DNA of 29,720 nucleotides, from IMG/VR virus record IMGVR_UViG_3300010286_000007, positions 1 to 29,720 of that record; one strand, written 5' to 3'. This document shows, piece by piece, positions 1 to 8,463 of this stretch (within the stretch, counting starts at the first letter, position 1; every line of letters starts with the position of its first letter). The stretch is from a virus. Taxonomy: Duplodnaviria; Caudoviricetes. The position numbers and the translations under genes were made by a program. The notes under the pieces were generated by a model that was not told where the DNA came from, searched no databases, and worked only from the letters and a program-made list of their open reading frames with translations.

Positions 1-108
1 CCATCTGAATCTATCTTTTTTACTAGTCTTCTTAAGCTTCTTAGGTTTCTTGCCACAATCATACTTGCTATCATGTATTCTCATGCAGTATTTACAACTC
101 TTAAGCAT
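1..108 (-). CDS. HNH endonuclease (packaging-associated), N-terminal part, runs off window edge
   Basis: Manual translation MLKSCKYCMRIHDSKYDCGKKPKK...; GGAGTG RBS; CxxC..H..C start and position after the late promoter are typical of HNH genes preceding terS. Confidence 0.7.
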   Translation of the reverse strand, partial: MLKSCKYCMRIHDSKYDCGKKPKKLKKTSKKDRFRW

Positions 109-135
109 TATTATCACTCCATTTTAGGCTCCCGA

Positions 136-297
136 TCATTTCTCCCTCTCTTTAAAGCATCTTGAGAAGATGCAAAATACTTTATTCCCTTGCCAGTTGC
201 CCCACTCGCAACCATGACACTTATGCCTTTTCTTTTCTTCTTCTGCTCGTTTCTCTTGCTGTTTTTCTAGTTCTCTTAATTCATCTATATAACTCAT
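136..297 (-). CDS. small Cys4 hypothetical protein (53 aa), not in ORF track
   Basis: MSYIDELRELEKQQEKRAEEEKKRHKCHGCEWGNWQGNKVFCIFSRCFKEREK; GGGAGTG RBS. Confidence 0.7.
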   Translation of the reverse strand: MSYIDELRELEKQQEKRAEEEKKRHKCHGCEWGNWQGNKVFCIFSRCFKEREK

Positions 298-321
298 ATG
301 TTCTCACTCCCTTTTGCATAT

Positions 322-355
322 AAAAAGCCTCTACTTCTTTGAGTAAAGGCTTTTT
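322..355. terminator. intrinsic terminator-like hairpin in late leader
   Basis: AAAAAGCCT...AGGCTTTTT, T-tracts on both strands. Confidence 0.7.
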
Positions 356-508
356 GTTTTATAGAGATTGTAAGGAGGGCTTACAATGGCAAACTATTGT
401 TATTAAATCGGCAGGATATTTGGTATCCTGCCACCCCTTTTAAAGGAACCAAAGATGAATGTGTAAGTGTAAATCCGTATCTTCCTCTTGATACTTTTTT
501 ACTCTATT

Positions 509-574
509 ATTATATCACGTTTTAAAATCGAAAACTGGTAAGAAATCGGTAATTTTTCGGTAATTATTCGGTAA
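509..574 (-). promoter_or_regulatory. activator-dependent late promoter with four phased repeats
   Basis: Extended -10 TGATATAAT at 509-517; no consensus -35; CTGGTAA/TCGGTAA at 535, 546, 557, 568 (11-bp period). Confidence 0.7.
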
Positions 575-1073
575 ATTTTAATGCTAAATTTGTTTGAAAT
601 ATCATTTCAAGTTTCTTTAGAGCTTCTCTATTTATTTGTCTTATTCGTTCTTCTGTTAAGTCATTTCTCTGTTTGAACTTCTCATTAAAATTAATTTCTG
701 TATTTCTCCAAGTTAGCCCATCAAAGTACCTACACTCAATTATATATCTCTCCCATTGTGTTAATCCGTTAAGAGCGATCTCGATTTGTTTTACTTCTAG
801 CTTAAGGAAAAATATTCTTGATTCTTCCTCTTTGATCCATTCCTTTATCATTTCAGTTGTAACTTCTTTATGCTCTACAATTTTTTCTACAGGAGATTGA
901 ATATTCCTAGTCGCTGGGAACGGCATCCCTAATGGTTGAGACGGTGGTATGTAATCTTTTTCCCACATTTCCGGATGCATAAGAGCATTATTCCATGCTT
1001 CTATTCTTGCTTCCGCACTTTCTACTATTGCTTTTTTGCTTTTATACTCTTTTAAAATTTTAATAATATCCAT
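564..1073 (-). CDS. ArpU/RinA-family late transcriptional activator
   Basis: C-terminal sigma-region-4-like LTQWERYIIECRYFDGLTW...IRQINREALKKL; last early gene before the late promoter. Confidence 0.8.
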   Translation of the reverse strand: MDIIKILKEYKSKKAIVESAEARIEAWNNALMHPEMWEKDYIPPSQPLGMPFPATRNIQSPVEKIVEHKEVTTEMIKEWIKEEESRIFFLKLEVKQIEIALNGLTQWERYIIECRYFDGLTWRNTEINFNEKFKQRNDLTEERIRQINREALKKLEMIFQTNLALKFTE

Positions 1074-1074
1074 C

Positions 1075-1188
1075 TTATGCCCCCTTGTACTTCAGTCCTA
1101 ACTTCTTTGCGATTGCTTCATTTTCTTTTCTAATCTGCTCGCTCTCTCTACGATAGTATCTTTTTAACTTTTTATCCTTCTTTTTCAT
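1075..1188 (-). CDS. small basic hypothetical protein (37 aa)
   Basis: MKKKDKKLKRYYRRESEQIRKENEAIAKKLGLKYKGA; GGGGTG RBS; tightly packed. Confidence 0.5.
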   Translation of the reverse strand: MKKKDKKLKRYYRRESEQIRKENEAIAKKLGLKYKGA

Positions 1189-1292
1189 TTGTCGCTCACC
1201 CCTCTGTTGATTCTTGATTTTCAATCTATTGCTATCAGTTTTTTATATATTCTGCTGCCGCCCTAATTCTCCCTGGACTAATACCGTCATCC

Positions 1293-1703
1293 TTAACCCA
1301 TATTAACTTTACCTTTGATTTTGTAAATATCTTCTTCCTGCGTGGCTTTGACCTTGCATTCTTCGCTTTTCTCGGCATCTAATCCCCTCCACCGGAATTC
1401 TTCTTTTACCTTATCTTTTAGTAAAAGCTTTAAATGTTCTATCACTTTTTCTTTCTCTTCCTCAACTTGTTGTATCAATCCCCAGTAGTACATAAGTTTC
1501 TCGGTTGTAATTGCTACGTGCGCCATTTCTGTTGCAATCTTATTCATGTTCAATCTTTCGCTGTCATATCTCGAGAGTTCAACAATCAACTCAGCCATTT
1601 CTTCGATACATTTATTGATGTTCCATCTAACACCGCTTTGTGCGACTACATTGTTATATAGAATATGCTTATCTAAATTCTCTAGCATATTTACCTCCTT
1701 CAC
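1293..1703 (-). CDS. MazG-like nucleotide pyrophosphohydrolase fold protein
   Basis: KCIEEMAELIVELS...IATEMAHV resembles EExxE...ExxD; true start likely MLENLD after GGAGG. Confidence 0.65.
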   Translation of the reverse strand: MKEVNMLENLDKHILYNNVVAQSGVRWNINKCIEEMAELIVELSRYDSERLNMNKIATEMAHVAITTEKLMYYWGLIQQVEEEKEKVIEHLKLLLKDKVKEEFRWRGLDAEKSEECKVKATQEEDIYKIKGKVNMG

Positions 1704-1714
1704 AAAATCAAGCC

Positions 1715-2056
1715 TTAGTGCTTATCTAACTCTTTAGGTTCTTCAATTGTTAGTTCTGCTGTCATGCCTGTAGTAGTAGCCATTATAACTTCACATCCAA
1801 ATATTTCGCGTAATACCCAATCAAGTTCATCTATTACAATTTTGTCATTCCCTCTGAAAGTTCTATGTTCATAACAGTTCTTAAAATATCTCCTAGCCGA
1901 AACAACATTTACTGGATAATTCATTTCTCTAGCCATTCTTTCTACCATTCTTGCAACATCTTCTGTTGGTACTATCAAAATACTATGAGTTGAACTTGCT
2001 AATTTAATCGCTTCCGTTGTTTTCCCTGATACTCTTGAATTTGCAAATATAATCAT
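1715..2056 (-). CDS. minimal P-loop NTPase-like protein
   Basis: Walker A-like SRVSGKTT and Walker B-like IVIDE in 113 aa. Confidence 0.55.
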   Translation of the reverse strand: MIIFANSRVSGKTTEAIKLASSTHSILIVPTEDVARMVERMAREMNYPVNVVSARRYFKNCYEHRTFRGNDKIVIDELDWVLREIFGCEVIMATTTGMTAELTIEEPKELDKH

Positions 2057-2085
2057 AAATTCCCCCCTAAATTATGCCTTAGTGA

Positions 2086-2277
2086 CTAATAATAATTTTT
2101 CTTTACCCATTGCCTAAATGTTCCTATGTCACAAGTCCTCGGCAATCCTGTTCCATCTTCATAGACTACTTTAGTTGCAGTTGATTCTTCTAATACAGCT
2201 AACACTGTTCTCCAATTACCTTTAAAGTTTTTGTAAGTTTTGCCTACAATAATTTCTATTGGTATTTTTTCTTTCAT
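2086..2277 (-). CDS. hypothetical protein (63 aa; start revised to MKEKIP)
   Basis: GGAGG RBS before ATG at 2277; beta-rich GKTYKNFKGNWRTV...VVYED. Confidence 0.6.
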   Translation of the reverse strand: MKEKIPIEIIVGKTYKNFKGNWRTVLAVLEESTATKVVYEDGTGLPRTCDIGTFRQWVKKNYY

Positions 2278-2281
2278 AGCC

Positions 2282-2422
2282 TTATTCCTCCTTCCACCCC
2301 ATTTCTGATAATGGTCTGACGATATTACATTCCTCACACTCAAAACAATCTTCATCATTTAACTCACTAGATACATAAAATACTTTTTCTGATTCACAAT
2401 CTGGACACATTAATTTAATCAC
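2282..2422 (-). CDS. Zn-ribbon microprotein (46 aa), not in ORF track
   Basis: GTG start after GAGG; MIKLMCPDCESEKVFYVSSELNDEDCFECEECNIVRPLSEMGWKEE. Confidence 0.65.
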   Translation of the reverse strand: MIKLMCPDCESEKVFYVSSELNDEDCFECEECNIVRPLSEMGWKEE

Positions 2423-2453
2423 AATTACCTCTTCCCCTTCCCTAAACTGCAAT

Positions 2454-2756
2454 TTAGTAATTAATAATCGTAATAGGGAAATATCCCCTACCGTTTTTAG
2501 GTACTTCGCTAACTGTTTTTAATGTCCATCCCTTGTATCTTCCATCTTCGAATCTTCCAACTTTCTTACCATAAACGTGTCGTGGCTTACTGTTACTTTT
2601 TACTGCATTCTCGTAATCGTCAGTATCTTCTCCAAGCTCCCAAGCAATAGTTTCTAAAGATTCTGTATTGAATTTTTCTTTATCAACATGGCCTCTTGTA
2701 AATGCTGACGAAAGTTCTCCACCTTCGTAATATAAAAGTTCTATTTCCATATTCAC
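2454..2756 (-). CDS. hypothetical phage protein
   Basis: ORF with GGAGG RBS in a co-oriented block. Confidence 0.65.
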   Translation of the reverse strand: MNMEIELLYYEGGELSSAFTRGHVDKEKFNTESLETIAWELGEDTDDYENAVKSNSKPRHVYGKKVGRFEDGRYKGWTLKTVSEVPKNGRGYFPITIINY

Positions 2757-2773
2757 CCCTCCTAAGCGAATTT

Positions 2774-2938
2774 TTAGTCTTGTTCTTCTTCTCCGTTTTC
2801 TTCTACTGCATCCGGACCTTCTCCATACATTTCTGCACAGGCTTTAGAATTTGGTCTTAAGAAGACACAAGCACTGCCTGTTACTTCGCATTCCCATCCA
2901 TGGTATTCATCAGTTACCTTTGCACATTTACAACTCAT
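2774..2938 (-). CDS. Cys-rich microprotein (54 aa), not in ORF track
   Basis: MSCKCAKVTDEYHGWECEVTGSACVFLRPNSKACAEMYGEGPDAVEENGEEEQD; AGGGG RBS. Confidence 0.7.
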   Translation of the reverse strand: MSCKCAKVTDEYHGWECEVTGSACVFLRPNSKACAEMYGEGPDAVEENGEEEQD

Positions 2939-2965
2939 ATTCGTTCCCCTTTCCTAAGCCACAAC

Positions 2966-3751
2966 TTAACTCATTAAACTCTGCTGTATTGTATTGAGCA
3001 TTTTGTTTTTTGCTTCTGTATAAAAGTGTCTATCAACCTCAAATCCGTAACTATGTCTATTCAATTCTGCACTCGCTCTTAGAGTGGCTCCGCTACCAGC
3101 GCATGGATCTATTACGACATCTCCCTCGTCTGTAAAAATCTCAATCAGTCTTTTCAATACATTTACTGGTTTTTGTGCTGGGTGAATTTTTGGATATTCT
3201 TTTGGATTATCACGTTTCCACTCAAACCAATTAAAAATCATCTTTCCGTTATTTCTAAACTTTGGCAACTTTTCTCGATATAAAAGTAATGCATATTCTG
3301 TTGCACCGCATATCCTCATATTTGCTTTTAATACCTGTGGGCTATAATTTTTGCAAAATACAAGTGGTATGTTATGTTTAAACCCATACTTTTCCGCATA
3401 CTTAATTACTGGCTGAGTTTGTTCGAACGAACAAAATACTATCATGCATGGTGCGTCTGATGATTTCCCTCTACCATTGCTCTTATCAGGTTCTTTCTTT
3501 AGCAACCGGTTACAAAAATGAAAGTACTCAGCTATATTAAAATTAAAATCTGTATTAAATGCTGCCTTCCCTGCAAGCTTACTTTCGCCCTTTTTGCTGT
3601 CACCGTCCTTATACCACATGGGATTGCTGCCATAAAAATTATTGCCTATGTTGTATGGTATGTCTGCTATTACCAATTGTGCTTTGGGAATGTTGTATCT
3701 TTTGTAATTTTGAAAATTGTCATGATATAATTCAGTTTTTATATTTTTCAT
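2966..3751 (-). CDS. orphan N6A/N4C DNA methyltransferase (beta-class motif order)
   Basis: DIPY catalytic motif precedes HPAQKP and DPCAGSG SAM-binding motif. Confidence 0.9.
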   Translation of the reverse strand: MKNIKTELYHDNFQNYKRYNIPKAQLVIADIPYNIGNNFYGSNPMWYKDGDSKKGESKLAGKAAFNTDFNFNIAEYFHFCNRLLKKEPDKSNGRGKSSDAPCMIVFCSFEQTQPVIKYAEKYGFKHNIPLVFCKNYSPQVLKANMRICGATEYALLLYREKLPKFRNNGKMIFNWFEWKRDNPKEYPKIHPAQKPVNVLKRLIEIFTDEGDVVIDPCAGSGATLRASAELNRHSYGFEVDRHFYTEAKNKMLNTIQQSLMS

Positions 3752-3779
3752 ATTCGTTCCCCCTGCGTTAAATTGTAAT

Positions 3780-4544
3780 TTAATTCTTAATTGGTTCTAA
3801 TTTTCTTCTTCCTTCTGCTTGTCTAATGTAACCCAGGTGCTCTGGTTCTCTCCCTATCTCATACGCTATTTCCTTGTCGCTTAATCCCTGTCTCTCTAAT
3901 TCTCTCACCAACTCTTTTTCTTCTTCTGTCCATAAAATTTGTATTTTTTTAGGAGTTGATTTTCTCTTTTTGACTAGTCTCCAATGCCTGTGCTCTACTG
4001 ATGATTTAGTTCTTCCAAGTAGTTCAGCTATTTCTTTGTATGTTTTGCCGAGCTTTGCATACATAATTAGTCTTGAATCTTCTTCTGCTGTCCACTTTTT
4101 AAACCTTTTTTCTCCCCATTTTTCAAGCTGCATCTTAATTACTTCATCTAACCAGCTTGGTTCGGGCAATAGTAGTCCTCTTTCCATTTTTGTGAAATTA
4201 ATTTTATCTGTATGATTTTCTGCCCACTTCCAAAACTCTTCTACATCAATTCTCCAAAATTTACTATATTTTATTACTCGTTTTCTTGCTGGCATTTTAA
4301 GTTTTGCAATCCAATAATCTGTAACAGCATGATTATCAACTTTTAAAATATTTGCCAATTCGTTTGCTGTTACTTGTCCAGAATTTGATTTTGGATAAAT
4401 ACCCATTTTTCTTTCTGCATGTACTTCAATAGCATACGGAGTGCGTTTTAACTTCTTTGCTATTAATTTTATAGGCCTTCTTCCGTACCATTGTGCTAGG
4501 TATTCTTCTTCTTCCACAGTCCAAGCCTTTTTTGCCCTAGTCAA
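3780..4544 (-). CDS. multi-HTH/Myb-like repeat DNA-binding protein
   Basis: Three WTxEE repeats each followed by IAxxL/IGR-type helices. Confidence 0.65.
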   Translation of the reverse strand: MTRAKKAWTVEEEEYLAQWYGRRPIKLIAKKLKRTPYAIEVHAERKMGIYPKSNSGQVTANELANILKVDNHAVTDYWIAKLKMPARKRVIKYSKFWRIDVEEFWKWAENHTDKINFTKMERGLLLPEPSWLDEVIKMQLEKWGEKRFKKWTAEEDSRLIMYAKLGKTYKEIAELLGRTKSSVEHRHWRLVKKRKSTPKKIQILWTEEEKELVRELERQGLSDKEIAYEIGREPEHLGYIRQAEGRRKLEPIKN

Positions 4545-4559
4545 TTTACCCTCCCCCTC

Positions 4560-5195
4560 TCATTCGTTGAAAATAATTCCGTACACTTTGTATTTTTTAG
4601 CAAAGGTATCTCTACCTATCGCATGTACTTCTGTGTGATGTTTTCTGCATAGTGCTATTTTTTCGTTGTTGCTATCGTCATAGTTTTTTCTGTCGTGTCC
4701 CATTCCTATCGCTTCCCAATGGTGTATTTCTCCGTCTAACCCGCATATGCAGCATTTTTTGTGACGTAAACACATATACAAATATGTATTTATATCGTCG
4801 GTCCGTTCTAGTCCGCTCTCTTTTAAAGGAATATTCCACCTTAGGCAAAATTCAATCAAGTAATTTATGTATTCCTTTGCTGTTGTCATGCTACAGTTAG
4901 ACAAAGAGAAGTATTGCTCCCCTGTTTCCGCCATGTAATAATACTTTAATATCTCCTTTAATTCTTCTGGAATATGCCCTGTGTGTAAGGCTATATCCCT
5001 TATGGTCGCATAGGCTTTCTTTCGCTGTTCTGCCGATATGGTCCGGCCATCGTCAAGTCTTAATTCCGCCTTAACTACTCCACCATTCCCGAATTTTTTT
5101 AGGTAGTCTCCTATTGATTTTTTAGGAATAGTTACAAGTAATTCCGTTCCCTTGATTGTATGTTTGAAGTGAGTTATTTCGGCATATTCATGCAT
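4560..5195 (-). CDS. putative HNHc nuclease
   Basis: ISAEQRKKAYA; C-terminal CCICG..EIHH...IALCRKHHTEVH. Confidence 0.8.
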   Translation of the reverse strand: MHEYAEITHFKHTIKGTELLVTIPKKSIGDYLKKFGNGGVVKAELRLDDGRTISAEQRKKAYATIRDIALHTGHIPEELKEILKYYYMAETGEQYFSLSNCSMTTAKEYINYLIEFCLRWNIPLKESGLERTDDINTYLYMCLRHKKCCICGLDGEIHHWEAIGMGHDRKNYDDSNNEKIALCRKHHTEVHAIGRDTFAKKYKVYGIIFNE

Positions 5196-5203
5196 TCAAC
5201 CAC

Positions 5204-5608
5204 CTACTCTAATTTCTCTAAGATCACTTCTGCTCTTGGTGTGTCTGAATAGAACTTATCTATTGATACTCTTACAAGTTGCTTATCATCTTCGTAAGCT
5301 ATATTATTAAGTGCATCAGCAATGGATTTTACGATATTGTCGCAGTCAGGTTTTTTTACTGGCCTTATTATGCCTTGAAGCATTTGCTCTTTTTTCTTTT
5401 TACTCGCTGTTTTCGGTATCTTGAAATATGCATTTATGTGCATAGTCAAAGGCTCTGTAATCATTGTTTGTCCGAACGTTGAGAAATAAATTTCCTGTAC
5501 TAATGTTTCATAGTCCTTTGTCTTTTTCGGCGTGTATGCTATTCCTGTTTTTGTTACTCTCGGTCTTCCTTTCGCGACAGGTTCTCCAGGTATAGTGAAC
5601 TTAATCAT
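5204..5608 (-). CDS. rusA: RusA-family Holliday junction resolvase
   Basis: GEPVAKGRPR; KPDCDNIVKSIADALNNIAYEDDKQ. Confidence 0.92.
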   Translation of the reverse strand: MIKFTIPGEPVAKGRPRVTKTGIAYTPKKTKDYETLVQEIYFSTFGQTMITEPLTMHINAYFKIPKTASKKKKEQMLQGIIRPVKKPDCDNIVKSIADALNNIAYEDDKQLVRVSIDKFYSDTPRAEVILEKLE

Positions 5609-5753
5609 TTGATTCCCCCTTTGTTGCTTTTAGGACTTCCCTATGCCTTTTCAGCCATTCTGTTGTGAAAGCCAAGATGCTAAGATATCCTCCTGCTTCT
5701 CGGTATGCTAGGTAGTCTTTTTCTATTTCATCCAAAAGCTCTTTATGATCCAA
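5601..5753 (-). CDS. small hypothetical protein (50 aa), not in ORF track
   Basis: TTG start after GGGGAG; MDHKELLDEIEKDYLAYREAGGYLSILAFTTEWLKRHREVLKATKGESND; fills the gap. Confidence 0.55.
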   Translation of the reverse strand: MDHKELLDEIEKDYLAYREAGGYLSILAFTTEWLKRHREVLKATKGESND

Positions 5754-5758
5754 CTAAA

Positions 5759-6163
5759 TCACTCCCCTAACTTTAGTTGCTCTCCTTCTTTTTTCTTCTG
5801 TAGATATTTCATAGCTTCTATTAGCGATTTTCGAGTTAACTCAAGATCATCAAGTTTTTCCTTAACTCTTTGCTTTACTTCTTCTAACTTGTCAGGGTCT
5901 TCTAATATTTCTTTGTACCCATAATAGCGGGCCTCCGCTTTCCATAACTCGATTTTTGCAAGTTCTAACAAGTACTGATTTTCTGCTGTTCTATTACTTT
6001 CAAATTGTCTGCCGTAGAATGCGAGCTTATCTACGATTTTTTTAAAATAAGCAACATCCATTTGCTCGTATTCCCTTTTAATTGCTTTCATTTCCTTAGA
6101 TTCTTCTTTCGTCGCTACAACTTCTTCTGCGACATTAACCCCTTTAAACGCTGATATATCCAT
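5759..6163 (-). CDS. hypothetical helical protein
   Basis: ORF packed directly after the helicase. Confidence 0.65.
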   Translation of the reverse strand: MDISAFKGVNVAEEVVATKEESKEMKAIKREYEQMDVAYFKKIVDKLAFYGRQFESNRTAENQYLLELAKIELWKAEARYYGYKEILEDPDKLEEVKQRVKEKLDDLELTRKSLIEAMKYLQKKKEGEQLKLGE

Positions 6164-6165
6164 GA

Positions 6166-7461
6166 TTAATACATCCTTTCAGGGCAATAGAAACGAACAT
6201 ATTTCTCTTGGAATGTTAGATTGATGGTCCCTTTCCCACCATCACGGTTTTTCTTAATAATCAATTCCGTTCTTGCTCTTGTCATTTCATCCGCTGCATC
6301 ATGTTCTCTCTTTAAGTGCCATTTTTGGTCCGCATCAAAGTCTAATTGCCCACTTCCTCGGAGTTCTCCGTTTCGGCTAAGAGAAGATATTGCGATTACC
6401 GGGCAATCGAATTCACTTGCTAAATTCTTAAGCCCTCGGCAATTTCTCTCTATTCTCTCTCTATCTTCTCCTTCTCCATCCATCAACTGTAAGTAGTCAA
6501 TAACAATTAGATTGATCTTCCCGTATTTCACTTTCGCTTCTTTGCACTTTGCTCTGATCGCTGCTAAAGTCCTGCTTCTCATTTTGCTGTAGATATGCAA
6601 ATGCTTGTCCAGTATTTCATCAATATTGCAGTTCTCTATAAATTCCAAGTCCTTTTGAGTCAGATACTCTTTAGGATATTTAATCTTATTGATTTCCAGG
6701 GGCAATGCAATTGCTAGGGTTCTGTCTCCTATTTGGGCGTCATTCATTTCAAAGTTAAAATACTCCGCATTCTTCTTGTTTTTTGCAAAGTTAATAGCTA
6801 TTTGATGGGATAAAATCGACTTTCCTACGTTTGGATCAGCAGATAAGAGGACCAATTCCCCATTCTTTATTCCCCCGGTAACTTTGTCTAAATCATAGAA
6901 TCCTGTCTCGTTCCCAGGGATTTTCTTTTTTTCTGAGCTATATCGCTCTGCAATCCTTGAAACTGCTTCGTTCATAATTTCTTTTGTACTTTTTTCTTTT
7001 TCGGATGTAGAGAAATCTGGAATGTTTGATACTGCATTATACATTTCATCAATATCGTTTTCAGTTGCAGCTTGGTAAATCTGCTTTGAAAACTCTACTG
7101 CTTGTCTCCTATGCCGGAGTTGTATCAATCTTTCAATCCATTGCCCTGCCTCGGCTCCCGTGTCTGCTTCAAAGGCTATTTGTTTTATAGCCTCAATTCC
7201 TCCGATTTTGCCCGTTAAATCGTTTTGATTGAGCTCTGCTATGGTGTTTATCAAGTTAATCTCTTTACCCTCTGAAAATAGCCTTTTAACAGTATCAAAA
7301 ATAATCCGATAAACTTCAGTACCAAAATCACTTGATTCCAGGTCGACTACACTTTTTTGTGCCGCTTCTTCGTCTATCAGAATCGCACTAATGATTGAAC
7401 GCTCTAATACTGAATCATACAGCCTGTTGTGATTGTCTTTTCTTTTCATAGAGATATTCAA
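6166..7461 (-). CDS. dnaB: DnaB-like replicative helicase
   Basis: TGFYDLD; Walker A ADPNVGKS; FNFEM; IVIDYLQLM; SSLSR; LRGSGQLDFDAD; KNRDG. Confidence 0.93.
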   Translation of the reverse strand: MNISMKRKDNHNRLYDSVLERSIISAILIDEEAAQKSVVDLESSDFGTEVYRIIFDTVKRLFSEGKEINLINTIAELNQNDLTGKIGGIEAIKQIAFEADTGAEAGQWIERLIQLRHRRQAVEFSKQIYQAATENDIDEMYNAVSNIPDFSTSEKEKSTKEIMNEAVSRIAERYSSEKKKIPGNETGFYDLDKVTGGIKNGELVLLSADPNVGKSILSHQIAINFAKNKKNAEYFNFEMNDAQIGDRTLAIALPLEINKIKYPKEYLTQKDLEFIENCNIDEILDKHLHIYSKMRSRTLAAIRAKCKEAKVKYGKINLIVIDYLQLMDGEGEDRERIERNCRGLKNLASEFDCPVIAISSLSRNGELRGSGQLDFDADQKWHLKREHDAADEMTRARTELIIKKNRDGGKGTINLTFQEKYVRFYCPERMY

Positions 7462-7579
7462 TCACTCCTTCTTTCAGTTCTTCCGAGTTCATTGATAAGA
7501 CTTCATTCTGAATAGTTGCCAGTGTTAAATCTTCAAGCCGATTCCCTTTTAAAAGATTGTATAGTTCCCATCTATCCAT
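7415..7579 (-). CDS. small hypothetical protein (54 aa) between initiator and helicase
   Basis: MDRWELYNLLKGNRLEDLTLATIQNEVLSMNSEELKEGVIEYLYEKKRQSQQAV; GAGGTG RBS. Confidence 0.55.
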   Translation of the reverse strand: MDRWELYNLLKGNRLEDLTLATIQNEVLSMNSEELKEGVIEYLYEKKRQSQQAV

Positions 7580-8450
7580 TTATCCACCTCATTCTTTCTC
7601 TTTCTGCTTCTTCTTCCGCTCTTTTTATTTCTTCTGCAATCCTTTTGCGTTCTTCTTCCTCAACCTTGCGTTGTTCAATTGTTGCCATGCGTTTTGATTT
7701 GTAGTTCTCAATCTCTTCGGAAGTGGCATTCCTCATGATTCCATAACAGTAATTTTCTTTTTTGTCATGAAGCTTAGGGTTATTGATGTAAACATGAAGT
7801 GCATATATGACTTTCTCAACTGAATGCTTCTCCCACTCTTGATAGATTTTTAAAATAACGCTATTTGCTATCTTTCCGTTTCTCCTTGTCCATTGAAGAA
7901 TCTCAAAGTATTCATCTATAATCTTTAATTGTTTTTCAGAATACCTTGAGCGCAAATTGGAAATTTGCAGAGATATGTTTATATTATTCTTTTCATTCTT
8001 ATCATTCTTTTCATTCTTATCATTCTTGTTTGTGTGCGTCTGTGTCGTTTTCGTGTCGTTTTCGTGTCGTTTTCGTGTCGTTTTCGTGTCGTTTTTTATG
8101 TCGTTTATATCTTGGTATTCACTGTAATTTACTACTGTTACAACGGTTTTTTTAGTGTCGCTTTTTACAATCAACATTCCGTCGTCTTCTAAGAGTTTTA
8201 AAAAACGTTTAACTTTTGTATTCGACCAACCCCACCTTTCGCATAATTGCCTAATAGAAGTGATTCGACTACCTCTTTTAACTTCTATTAATTCATTTCC
8301 TAAAAGAATTTTTTTGTCTTCGTGGTTAACCATCATTAATATATCTATCCACGCTGAACGTTTATCGAAAGGTTTTTCGTTCCATATCCAGTGGTTTTGT
8401 ATATCTCTATGTAGTTTTATCCACCCACTCAAGCACTCCCCTCCTTTCAT
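7572..8450 (-). CDS. phage replication initiator / replisome organizer
   Basis: GWIKLHR N-terminus; wHTH SIRQLCERWGWS; central repeat linker; C-terminal YCYGIMRN; upstream of helicase. Confidence 0.85.
   Translation of the reverse strand: MKGGECLSGWIKLHRDIQNHWIWNEKPFDKRSAWIDILMMVNHEDKKILLGNELIEVKRGSRITSIRQLCERWGWSNTKVKRFLKLLEDDGMLIVKSDTKKTVVTVVNYSEYQDINDIKNDTKTTRKRHENDTKTTQTHTNKNDKNEKNDKNEKNNINISLQISNLRSRYSEKQLKIIDEYFEILQWTRRNGKIANSVILKIYQEWEKHSVEKVIYALHVYINNPKLHDKKENYCYGIMRNATSEEIENYKSKRMATIEQRKVEEEERKRIAEEIKRAEEEAERERMRWING
7986..8108. repeat. replication origin: iterons plus AT-rich repeats inside the initiator gene
   Basis: Five tandem 11-mers GTGTCGTTTT(C/T) at 8042-8096 plus a degenerate sixth; five 9-mers ATTCTTnTn at 7986-8030. 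Confidence 0.8.
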
Positions 8451-8463
8451 GCAAGTTTAAAAT

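Noticed and set aside
8042-8096. Tandem repeats as a CRISPR mini-array
   Set aside because: 11-bp units with no spacers, inside the initiator gene; iterons fit better
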